Shown: piece by piece, positions 28,148 through 39,699 of the stretch
Layout: each line of letters starts with the position of its first letter
Numbering within the stretch: position 1 is the first letter of the stretch
Position numbers and translations under genes: made by a program
DNA from: Cycas panzhihuaensis
Taxonomy: Eukaryota > Plantae > Cycadophyta
Length of the DNA stretch: 64,000 bases
NCBI GenBank assembly: GCA_023213395.1
Contig: CM041465.1
Coordinates: 87,489,741 to 87,553,740 of the forward strand
Reading direction: 5' to 3'
Notes under the pieces: generated by a model
Told to the model about the DNA's origin: nothing
The model's database searches: none
What the model saw: the letters and a program-made list of their open reading frames with translations, nothing else

Positions 28148-28521
28148 TGTTGGTAATGTCAAACCTATGATTATTAAATTATTGTAATTATCCATTTGAT
28201 GTGTACTAAGGGGTCATAGTGCATACACTTCTTAATGTTGTAGGTCATTGGTTAACTAAGTGGTTCCTAATGTGGGATTAGATAGGCATTGAGTGGTGTG
28301 TTATAAATATGTATTAGTTTATCATAATATAATTTGGAAGCGATTATTTCTTACAAGCATATTGTGTTATGTGTTTGTCCATGTTTATTCTTTATTTATT
28401 CACTTATATAGCGCAATAATTCATAGTCTTGATCTTAGGCATGTATATTTCTTTATATTTTGTAGTAGTGATGTTATATAGTCTTGGACCTATTATATAT
28501 TTCTAATAAGTGGTATTAGAG
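28148..28521 (+). mobile_element. Copia-type 5' LTR (~360 bp) with tRNA-iMet PBS
   Basis: Starts TGTTGG and ends CTAATA (deaminated CCAACA). Followed by AG and TGGTATTAGAGT (28511; canonical TGGTATCAGAGC). Internal TTATAAATA. Confidence 0.6.
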
Positions 28522-29479
28522 TTAGGTTTATCATAACTTGATTTGACCCCAGTTAGGTTGTAAGATAATGAGTGTGTCCACATCTTAATGTTTTGATTTA
28601 GAAATTATTTACATATGTCTGTTTGTGACTAATAAAGAGCGTAGTTTGTTTGTCAGGTGAAGATTTATTGTAGGTTGTGATACTTTCGAACCATGGTTTT
28701 GTAGGGTACCGTGAGTATGTTGGGGCATGAGCATTGAAATCTAACCAAAAGCGTAGGTATTGCAGTTATTTTGAATTCCATAAAGGTTTGATGTTGTTTT
28801 ATTCATTTTTAGACTATTACATGCATATCTTACTAATATACATGTAAGTGTTGTATGCGAGATTGAGAATGGGGCTTTTGAAGTAGGCTTGGCTGCCATG
28901 GTAAAGCCAGTGATATGTTAGATAGGCTATTATTTTCTCTGCCACGTGATGAAGTGATCATGATTGAGGATGGGGGTTTTGCGGCATAAGTTGTTGTAGT
29001 AGATGGTTTGCCCATGAGAGAACACTAGCGTGTTGGGTCTATAAGATGCAAAACTTGTTGATCTCTTAAGAACCTAACCATGGTCAATGGCATTTATTGC
29101 TTGTTCACTTGGGTCCCCCATATCCAGACACCCTTGAGCACCTTCATGAGCACTTTCAATTCCTTTTTTATACTATTGTACCATTTTTTTACATTATTAT
29201 TGATCAACTTTTGGTGAGTGGCCCCTTTTTAAGCCACTTTTACTCTGGCCCATTGTGTTCCCTATCCCATTCAATTTTTTACAATAGAACACAGTCATTC
29301 CATTGTAAAAATTAGGACAGGACACCTTGGTCTCATTACCGTTTTCTCCATGGGCTAGACCCTGTACCGTTGAAAAACAATCGTAACTAGGTGGCCTGTC
29401 ATATTCTATTTTTTACATTGAGGTGACATCGCTATGTTGTAAACTTCTTATTGTCAAAAGCTAGAGACAGACTTAATTA

Positions 29480-29902
29480 ATAAGGGGCACTAGGTACAAA
29501 GTTTGCAACCACAAGTATGATGCATCTTGTATGATCATTTACTACTGCAAAATATAAGGTTGTCCTACCACTGAGGTAATCTGCTCATATGTCATTTTCT
29601 TTCAACAGAAGAAGAGTTTGCATGATCTCCCAAAGGTCCATATCAACAAGTTTATAGCAAGTTATCTAGCCACGGTGATTCCTAGAATTCACATCGACTA
29701 CATACTCGAGCAATAAGCACACAATCTCATTGTGCCATTTAGTAACTGTAAATTGAAGAGGCAAAGTAAGCCCACCAAAGGTCGAATACTATACTAAACA
29801 AGTATTGAAATCTAATAATGTGTGAGTGTTAACCAAATCCCAATCTCTCACAATAGAGACCAGGTGTTCCCCATAAGTAAAGCATCCAAACAAATTACCC
29901 AT
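29480..29902 (-). pseudogene. XBAT33: Decayed, apparently intron-less fragment of an XBAT33-like ankyrin-repeat RING E3 ligase gene (N-terminal ~140 aa)
   Basis: Manual translation [24 protein letters not shown]...[13 protein letters not shown]...[24 protein letters not shown]...[46 protein letters not shown]. Colinear with the XBAT33 N-terminus as I recall it ([22 protein letters not shown]...YSTFGGLNSPLHF...[25 protein letters not shown]). Contains stops and frameshifts; missed by the ORF track. Confidence 0.88.
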
Positions 29903-30289
29903 TCCCAAAAATAGCCTTAACCTTGGCCTCTTGACCTCTATCCATTGTAATAACCTTACACAAATTCTTTAGCTCAACGATAACCCTTAGATGTAGTGTT
30001 GTATTGCCTCCTTTCCTTGATTCCCTTTTTATAAAAGATCATTGAACCCATGCAGACTGCCCAATGACTTAAGTGTACCTACAAAATCAAAAGGAGAGCT
30101 CCCCCTTCTGGTTTTTCCATTCCTCTTCTTCTAGCTCCTTGACACTTTGTCCATTTCATGGCACCAACTCCACTGCTCCCCTCTTCATTTCCTCTCCCCT
30201 TCCGTTCATTTCATTTACTCCACATTCAAGCATGCTATTAGACCTCCAAAAAAAAGCCTTTAAAAATAACTCACTCAGCGTACATCTCT

Positions 30290-30917
30290 CTTTTGACATT
30301 GTTTATCTTAACATAATGTTTTATCAACCATTCTTGACCCATAATCATTCCAAACAATGCCAAAGGGAGGATGTAGACTCCTTGCATAAACCTAACCAAA
30401 TTCCAATTCTTTTATGATTTATTCAACTTCCCTCATTTTATCATTGACCACCTACATAATTGAATACTCTATATGCTTCTCCACCTTTAATAAACTAATA
30501 TAACCTATATTAGAGGATAAAGAGCTATGGCTATTCTCTGTTAATAAAGATAAATATAGATTTAGGGAGGATTTTATTATGTATATGATTTATAATGGAT
30601 TTTTGTTCCACTATCTCTTTATGCAACTATATATATAAACATTATTTGTAGCTCAAACATGCTTAATAATCCATTACCTATATTTAGTTGTTATCAGTCA
30701 ATCCATTTCAACCATATTTCATACATCAGTTAATTGCTAATGATCATTATTTATTCTTTAATTCATCAACATGTAAATATCAGTAGGCTATGATAAGACA
30801 TATTAGGCATATAATTATTGGAATCATATAATGCATCAATACTAGTTATTATTACTAAACCATACCCTTATTTTTAAAACAATATACTTAAAATAATTAT
30901 ATTATGGGAATATTACA
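30290..30917 (-). mobile_element. LTR-like segment plus Gypsy protease remnant upstream of the XBAT33-like fragment
   Basis: Minus strand begins TGTAATATTCCC (30917). YILPLALFGMIMGQEWLIKHYVKIN (~30305-30380) resembles the ILG.DWL..H tail of retro-proteases. Confidence 0.45.
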
Positions 30918-32199
30918 AAGTAAAGGGGTATAGATCTTTGACAGATGAATTATAACCATAATCATAATGACAACCATAATATCTATAACCTAGCATTCAA
31001 ATTTCAATAAGAGGTTTCATAAATTTTAAATGTAAAGAATAAGAAAAAGGGTTAGAGATATTGCATACTAGTTATTTAATCATAACTTTATGAAACCTTT
31101 TTTGAGCTATTATAGCTAGTTCTAATTTCGAAATAAATTTTAGAGCCATATAATAAATTGCATATTTGTAAATTACACATCTTGCCAAATAATATTTTTG
31201 AAATAAGTTCCAATTGAAGTCTACAATTCAATGTAATTAGTTGGCGTAAAGAACTTTGATAGTGGTTTATATAATTAGGAATGATGTATTATTGTGCTTA
31301 TAATTGACGATTTTCAATCTCTACACTTCTAGAGTTTACATTTAGATGACATTATAGCCTAAAACATAGTCGTAGGTTTAGAGCATGGCAACTAGCACAA
31401 GTCTTTTAAAACATGGACAAGAAAAACAAAAACATGCTCCAGTTATCAAATGAGTTTCCAATAGAAGGATGATCAATACAGGTGATTGGGTGCCATTTGA
31501 TTGGCAATTATGTTAAGGATTCATCGTAACAGATGTAGATTGGAACAGAGAAAACACCCTTACTAGGGATTGATCAGGGTCAAATTAGGGGCTAATAATG
31601 ATCACAAATCTAGGACAAACAAGTTAAGAGCATTGAGCAAAAATAGTTTAGAACACCATTACTATGTACGGACTAGAAGGAGTTGAGGATTAAGAACAAG
31701 ATAAAGTCATTGAAAGGTGGATCCAAATAGTCAATTTAATAAATAAGTGACTAGTATATATAACATAATGCTAGTCAATAAGGTAAATGGACAAATGACG
31801 ACTTGGCAATGGGATGATTATTAAGATGTATTTCTTTCATTATAAAAAATGAATCCTACAACTATACATTTGTCACATAACAATTTGCAACTTTCATGAT
31901 GAAACATTACAGGGTAATAGTTTACTCCGTGTGAAGTAAGAATATGAATAGTGAAATTCAATGACTATTCATGATAAGGTGGCATGTGTACTTACCAAAA
32001 AGAAAAGGAAAGATTTAGAGAGCAACTAATTTAATCATTATATATAGAATCAATATCACATTATTTTTTATATTAAATAAAGTTTAATGGAGTACCTAGG
32101 ATTGCTCTAGTTACTGAAGATCCCTTCTTCCTTACATCTTTCTCTCAAAATAATTCTCCATTCTCTAATATTTCTTGTAAGTTAATAGGTGTCTAACTC

Positions 32200-32500
32200 T
32201 CAAATATGAAGGGGGAGAATAATGACACAAAGGAGAATGATAAAGAAGGGGAATATTAGTGATTTATTCCCAAAATCTAAATTATTTCATTGAACAAGGA
32301 AAATATTTATGCATTGATTAAGGGGCTTGGGTTTGTTTGATTCATTGAAAAAAGAACGAACAAGACCACTCAACCCCCAATTAAAAAAACTTGATTAGAG
32401 TTTAAAATATACATTTATACTTAATATACATGACCCCATCAAAATGAAGCGTTAAATAAAGTTATATAATGATAACAAAAAGGGGGAAAAGAATAGCCCT
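32200..32500 (+). mobile_element. Very degenerate Copia (SIRE-like) 3' region with repeated PPT-like motifs
   Basis: GAAGGGGGAGAA (~32208), TGATTAAGGGG (~32315), GATAACAAAAAGGGGGGAAAA (~32471). Confidence 0.3.
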
Positions 32501-33438
32501 TAGAACTTAAGACATCTAACATAACCCCAAGAATAACCACTACATCAATATTAGATATTTTTAATAAAATGCATGAGCTAAAATTTCAATGGATTTATTT
32601 GATGTACGCTGAAAAATGCTTGGAAACCCAAACATTGATTGATTTGGCTTAAGATCACTAATTTATAGCACTTATAACAAACTTGACATCCGTTAGCCAC
32701 TGATTCATAAGCATGTGTAATGAAGACTAAATGAGCATGAAGAAACCCATGTAAATTAATAATTATTCTTTAATGAAGAATATAGGTATTAATATTGGTA
32801 ATTGATTACCCTTTGTACAAAAGAGGGAGCCTTATTTGTATGAGAAATTGGCACAACCCTTTATAATCGTCTCTATTAACCCTTCAATAATATCATTAAT
32901 CCTATTGATAATGTAATATTTATCATCGTGCAGATTATTAATCCTAGTGCACCTTTAAACATGGTGTTAAGTGCATACATATGATGCTTGCTATCATAAA
33001 TTAAACTCCATGTTAACCTATTTTAAGGACTAGTCTTACTTATTTACGATATTAAGATATGAGATACACTACAAGTGCACAACAATAGTAAATAACTGCC
33101 ATGATTGATAAAGTAATGTATATTTCATTAATAAAGTGTAATGCTTATAATACACTTTACGTTAGATTAACCAGTGAGAGGATTAGTTACTCGGATTAGT
33201 TACTCTACATAACTTCCTAACTCCTTGATTCTCTCCATAAATCGAGAAGTGAATAAATGCTCTTTGAAAAATTCAAACTATGTGTTTGAAGGGTGATTGT
33301 AGTGGAGACTTTGGAGGAGCTTTGGGCATGTGTTATAGGTGATATAATAAAAATTATTATTTCATCCATTTTATTGCAATCAAATCATTCTCATTTACTC
33401 CTACTTTAATTTACAATGCAGTCCTAGTTTCTCTAACA

Positions 33439-34657
33439 TGGCATTATAGTAAGAGATTTGTTTAGTAGATTTTATTTCCATTTCTTGTAATGAAACAGAT
33501 TCTTGAGGCATTATAGCTACAGTCTAGTGTATTTCTTGTAAATTTTTATAGATGATTTACAAACCCATAGTTTCTCAAAGAATAAATTAGATGTTTTTGA
33601 TGGTTGGGTGATTTTGAGACATGAGGGCTTTTTTGAACTCGATGTTTTTGCAGAAGTCAGTGGAATTGTTCTAAACTCGTCTAATATTAATTTTATAGTA
33701 AGTACTATTTCAAAAACAATAGTTTTTACCCTCATTTTGATTTTGGAAACTAAAAAGGGGGGGCGGTTTCAAAACTAAATTTCAACTCATTTTTTCTCCA
33801 TCTGTAATCAATTTTCCTCTTGTTTGAGGCAACAATTATATAGATCATGTTTATAAACCCCATAAATAATTGTTTATTTGTTAATTATCATCTCTATTTG
33901 ACTCTAGTGAGAATATCAACCTCCACGACCGCGCACATGAGTTTTTGATGGTTAAAAAATTTTATTTTTTAATAAAATTAACTTTTTAATAAATATTTCT
34001 ATATTCTATAGTTTATGACTTTAGAATAATGAAATTAAGTTTTTTTTCATAAAGTTAGGGGCTTGAACCTTTATTTTTTTGTCTCACGGTTATATTGTGA
34101 AAGCAACTTTATGTCTAAAAGGTGCTAATCACTATATCTTTGATGTTTGACCTTTGTTTTTAAAATTCAAGTTGTAGTAATCATATTTTGAGCTATTATT
34201 TCATAAATTGAGCTTAGATTTGTAAGCAAACCTTGCAACCTCTGAGTATTCATATAAAATCATACTTGTGATTATGATTTTATTGCGTTTTTTTCCCCAT
34301 TATATTGAGTGTAAATATAGCCTGTGACATTCTATCTAAGTCACAAAAGCTAAATGGTAAAAATTAAGTAAAAATGAATGAAAATTATTGAAGGCAAAGA
34401 ATTGAAGCTTATTTAGATAGCTCATCAAGCTGTAATGACTATTGGAACGACTATTGGTACATCCTTTATGGATTCAACAATAACATCCAAAGATGTGGAA
34501 GACAAGGAGGATAAAGATTGAGAAGCACTCACAATTATTAGTTTGTTTGTTGTAGATGAACTAATTATACATCTACAAGGCAAAATAACATCAGCAGAAT
34601 CATAACAAACACTGAAGGATCTATATGAAATAAAGAATGAAACCAGAGCTTTATACC
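33439..34657 (+). mobile_element. 5' portion of the Copia element whose remainder starts at 6994 (leader and gag N-term)
   Basis: gag from ~34317: SQKLNGKN*...KD*EALTIISLFVVDELIIHLQGKITSAES*QTLKDLYEIKNETRALY, ending in ATACC (34653-34657). Joins in frame to YLRNQLYACKM at 6994. Possible degenerate PBS CTAACA|TGGCATTATAGT at 33439 (weak). Confidence 0.85.
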
Positions 34658-37600
34658 TAGAAGTGCACCTCCTGAGGTCATCGATGCAAGGGGATCAAGC
34701 CTATACAATCGGTAATTACAGGGCTAAAGGATCCTTAGAAGCAAAAGAAATGATTACCCACAAAGGGCGTCCGTACATCGGAACGCAGGTTCAAAGACCC
34801 GCAAATGGCACATAAACCTTCCCTTATGGTGAGCATCTTCTCAAATTTAAGATGGGTAAGGGGCTCCCTCAGTTTGTTAAGTAGCCTCAAAGGGACCCTC
34901 CTATCCTGAATGGTCGAGGAAGGAGAGTTGAGATGAAAGGCACCTTTCCCAAGAAAGAGGGAACAAAGGAGGTAGACCCTAATGGAGAAAAAGGTACCTA
35001 CATACAAGAAAGGAATCGTGGATAGCGAGGGTGCAAAGAGGAGGTTGGGTGGAAAACGACCAACTCTTAAATGGAGGTAGTGCAAGACGATGCCTTAACA
35101 AAAAGGAGCACCTTGAGGAGGATGCTCCCAAGGTGCCAATGCCCTAGGCGGATAGCTGGGTGTGTGGGGTGTTATGCAAGATATCTTTTGTTTTGTTTTA
35201 TGATGAATAGGGTGGTGTTATGAAGTGTTGCTATTTCTGATTTATCATGAATTAAAAGGAGAAGGAAAAGAACAATGACACTCTCTTTTGATTCTTGCCT
35301 CTCTCTCTTTTCTTTTACAAATGTTAATAAAAGCAAAGGAACCAAGAAAGTTGGAAATCGTACAAAGAGAATGCAACATCTAGTGCAAGCTACCCTAGTA
35401 GTGCACGTGGAGAAAAAAAACAAGGTAGTGATAGAGGAGCTCGTAACCCTTTGTACCCTTACCCTAATAAATGTGAGGGTCATACAAGAAAAGGTGAATG
35501 GAATACAATAGAGGTAGGAAATTACTCCACTAGTAGGATTAATGCCTACACATACAAAATGGCAGTTTCTTTCCCTAATGAGCAAATCAAGCAATCCGCA
35601 AGCAACAGAGTATGCGTAACCTTTCCTTTTTCCCTTTTTCCTTCTTTAGGGAAAGGGGGAGAAGGGTGAGTGAGAAGATAGGGTAGGAAGAGGTGCTCCT
35701 GGAACTAAGATGGCCTGTGTAGCAAACTCTTCTCTTTTCTCACGATCCTCTTTTTCCCACCTAGCGCCCCTTACTGCAGTTGGTGTCATAGGGGAACTAC
35801 CAACAAGGCTTCCTTACCTTTTCCAAGAACTAGTGTGGAAAGAAACCAAAAAGAAAAAAACAGTTGCTCACAAAGAAAGTTCAAAGCAAAGTAGTAAAAT
35901 AAAAAAGGGTGTGCATACCTTCCACAATGATCTTCGCTTGCTCCAAAAGGGGAGACCTGCACAACAAATTATTTCTCCCCTTCCCATAGGTGCTAGATAT
36001 ACATAAGAACAAATGTATGCTCGTATATGTGTGTGTATGCTTACTAAAAGAAAAAGAATGTGATCTTATATAAATGTCTTTTAATTAAACATAATATATG
36101 ATCCAAACTTTGCTTTGTATGCATGTAAAATACTCCAACAACTATGGGAAAATGAGGGTATAAAGGGGGAGAGAGAGAGCCTCAGAATGGCTAGCCCCTC
36201 GAGTAAGGTACCTCCACACATCCAAGCACTCTAGACCAATGGATCAAGCAAGAAGTTAAGGCTTTCAAGTGACAAAAAGGCAACAAGGCTTGTGAGTAGT
36301 AAAAGTTGCAAAAAATGCAAAAGCTACAAATGTTGCAAAAGTTACAATATACAAATTTTACAAGATTTGTAAGATGAGACTAGAAGTTTGCAAACTACAA
36401 AGACTTGTTGCAAAAATCATATTTTAACGGCGTATGAAAGTTAGTTGCAGGTATTGCAAGTAGTTGTCAATGCTACAACTGACGGAATCCCTTCTCTTAA
36501 GGGTTTCTGGGTGCGCAAGAGAGGTATAGGATGAGAAAAGTTACAAAGGCTAGGGGATTTCCCTACAGGAGGTGGCCAAGAGGGTCAGAACCCTAGCCTC
36601 AAACTCCTTTCTCCCTTTGCTACAACATTTTTTCTCAACCTTCTTGGTAGGAACCCGGGAGAAACCTTGAGGTGTGGAGGGAATGAGCCAGAAAGAGGAA
36701 GGGTTTGCCTTCCGGAAGAGAAGTATATGAGAGGGTTTGCAAAAGAAAACTAAAATAATATATAGAAAACCCTATTGCCAAAAGAAATAGATAACCGAAT
36801 GTAGGTCTGAAGATCCCTACTGAAACTGGTTTGAAATAGTTTTACCTCATGAAATGGTTGGGAGAAAAGGGTTTCCCTGAAAGGATGGATGAGAGATCCC
36901 TACAATGACTCGGAAAGAAGTGAACCTCAGAAGAAAACTTGGTACCAATGACTTGATGGAGCACTTGGGAGGAGAACCTGTCCGGATCAAGCTATTGCAA
37001 ACCTGCGATTTAGGGTTTTTACCCTTAGGAAGGAAGAGGCAAGAGTGAAGAGTAGGAGGTGGCTGAAGAGAAGCTTTCATTTTTCCAAAAGTGAGTCAAG
37101 AAGAGGAAAAATGAGCTAAAAATTAGGTTTTTAAACCTAACCCTAACTTACCTGGTGATTAGAGAATGCCCTGGGCAGGAAACAGCCTAGCGACACATGT
37201 TAATTTTACAATTAATATGAAACTAGTTGTGGCCAGGCAAAAAACTAAGAGTGGACAGTTGCATCATGCCAAACGTTATGATACCACAGAGTTTGTCGTG
37301 GTATTGTGAATAATGCCACAGCGTGCTCAAAACAAGATGAAAATAAAAGGGGAACCTGGAAGGCTTCCAAAAAGGAGCGGTCCTAGACCCCGAAAGGCCA
37401 AAATAATGAGTTGTTGGGGCGTCTAGGGGATTTTAAGAGTTGGTTAAACCATAAAAAGTGAGAAAAAGGTGGCAACTAGGCCCCCATGAGGAACAAGTGG
37501 CAAGTGAGGATGGTGACCAGGCCTAAACGAGTGATTAGGGATTATATCACACTAAAAGGTGGTAAAGAACAAGCTCCAGGAGCTGAGAGTGCTTGAGGAT

Positions 37601-37851
37601 GATGTGGAGGCATTGTGGAGGGCCATGAGGAGCCATGGGATATTAGTCCCAAGTCATCATAGGCTAAAGTAGTTGATGCAAACATAGGCAAGCAAGCCAT
37701 GCATAACAATCATATAGCTGATTAATATCATCCAAAATGTATTTAATGATAATTCAATTACATCATGAAGTCAATAAAAAGTTAGGATAGAAATATACCT
37801 GTACTTACCTTAGAGGTACCATCCATGTCCATTCCTAATAGCTGGGAAACA
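34658..37851 (-). repeat. 3' LTR of copy A (~3.19 kb)
   Basis: TAGAAGTGCACCT...GGGAAACA; roughly 85-90% similar to 3814-6993 by eye (not computed). ATACC on the left flank, PPT on the right. Confidence 0.92.
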
Positions 37852-37862
37852 TTGCCCCCTTG
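37852..37862 (-). promoter_or_regulatory. Polypurine tract (AAGGGGGCAA) abutting the 3' LTR
   Basis: Plus-strand TTGCCCCCTT directly after the LTR end. Confidence 0.75.
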
Positions 37863-38349
37863 GCAGTAGAGCCTCATTGCTCAGAAGAGTAAAGCGATGG
37901 TGAATACTGTCAACACAAAGGTTAATATTGTGCATTAGAGTACAAAGTTTCCATTATTTAAGGGGGCGGTAAGTGTCATGGTGGAACGCATGGACAAGGA
38001 AAAAAAAGGGGCAGTATAAGGATGCCTATGTGTTGCCCTAGAATCTAATGAAAAAGATGGTGGATGAGGAGGATGCCCCCATCACACCTATACAAGATAA
38101 ATGATGCTAATAATCACGAGTATAATCAATATAAACGAGAAGCATATACATGTAGAAACCAAAATGCGAGGGCTTCGTATTGTAGGTGGTGCGAAGGGCA
38201 AGGTGGAGAAACAAACCTGATGGTTTCCATAGTTTGACCTGATTAGTGGCCAGTTTTGGAGGTGTGAAGGAATCACAACGAGGACGGGACGATCCAAAAC
38301 CCTGGGTGATTAGGCAATCTGCTAGGCTATTTAGGGAGGATCATTTAGA

Positions 38350-38692
38350 AGGGAGAGACGGCACTCGAGAATGTGATAGACAAGGCCATCTACCTTAACG
38401 TTTAAGTCTCAGGGGATATGCTGAACATCCATGGAGGAGAAATGAGATAGAAGGGATTTGGCAGTCGAGGTGAGGGCTCTCAATCGTTGGCAATGCACTT
38501 GGTAAACCTTGGTTAGTTGTGACACGATGATCTGAAAGTCGCAAAAGAGGATAATGGGACCATGGTGGCCTCAAGGAGAAAGATTACATAATGCATACAG
38601 CTGTATCCAGAGGGGTCACAGAGGATCCACGCGACAACAGAAGGTCTTGGATTACCATGACTTCCTCCACTGGTGAAGATAAGTAATACCAT
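38350..38692 (-). pseudogene. Stand-alone archaeal-type RNase H (aRH, RVT_3-like) of copy A, with an internal deletion
   Basis: MVLLIFTSGGSHGNPRPSVVAWILCDPSG...FLLEAT // GPIILFCDFQIIVSQLTKVYQVHCQRLRAL...MDVQHIP*DLNVKVDGLV. The NNxAEY segment is deleted relative to copy D. Confidence 0.82.
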
Positions 38693-39255
38693 AGTGAAAA
38701 ATAAGGTCTGTGTCGAACAGTGAGAGGAATAGTGATGATAAGGTCAAAGAGTGAAGAGGGGAGAAAGTGCACCGATAGGGCTACAATCACTCAAGATGCT
38801 ATGAATATGGACTATAAAAGGACAGGGGAATCATGAGAAGAGGCTACCGAGCTTAAGGAAACCAACCCGACGAAGAGGCAGGTAGATGATAGCAAAAAAG
38901 CCTATTTGGGGCTCCCAAAGATCACTAAAAGCTAAAGGAGGTCCAGAAAAGAGGGAGGCACTTCCTTTGGGAGCCTCAAAGGCTTGAACGGGTAGCAAAA
39001 ACGGATCTAGAATGTCGAAACGAGTCAAAAAAGTATAAACATGGATATGTTTTAGGGTAGTACAAAAAATGAGGCAGAAGGGGTCTGCAAGAGACTAAAG
39101 GGGTCGTCATAAATACAACAAAAGAGCTCAAAACTAGGGCTATGGAAGCAAAACAATGGATGGACCCTAAATACAAAGACGATGCAGCCGAGGAGATAGT
39201 TTCAAAGGCTGTCGTGGAAAATGAAAATGAGAAAGTGCCCCTAGGGACCACTGCA

Positions 39256-39295
39256 TATATAAAGGAAGGGGAGTGAAAATAGAATTCATTTTCAC
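39256..39295. promoter_or_regulatory. Internal TATA box plus inverted repeat between the divergent aRH and PMD genes
   Basis: TATATAAA (39256) then GTGAAAAT-AGAATTC-ATTTTCAC (39273-39295). Conserved in copy D at 60380-60417. Confidence 0.55.
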
Positions 39296-39699
39296 AGGCC
39301 CCACGATCGATCTAGAGCCCTTTCTTCTATGCAGTAGAATCTTGCCAAATTTTGGGAGCACTTTGTACGGGATCTAGCCATTGGATCGAGGCGCGGAGGC
39401 AGCCTACGTGATCGAGACGACGAGATGGCGGTAGCGAGGCCCGATCCAATGAGTGGATCGTTCCTTATCCCCTTCATTTCGACGCTTTTATTTGATGCAT
39501 TTTTTAAGTTTTTGTAGTTTAGTTTTGGCCCTTTAAGGGCAATTTGGGAGCCTCTGGAGCCTAAATGAGGCCTAGAGAGGGGGAGGGCCAAGGCGTTAGG
39601 TAGCCCTGGTCCCAGTGGACTAGGCCTTCACCTGCTTAGACTGAAATTTTACGGTTTTTAGGGCACCCCCCCATCCCCCCCACCTTTTTAGGGGGAAAC

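Noticed and set aside
31860-32000. MIRWH-like CACTA transposase motif
   Set aside because: Isolated motif with no supporting flanking homology.
3814-37851. One 34-kb element bounded by the two A LTRs
   Set aside because: The PBS and PPT lie outside the pair and the ATACC TSD lies on the inner flanks, the reverse of an intact element.
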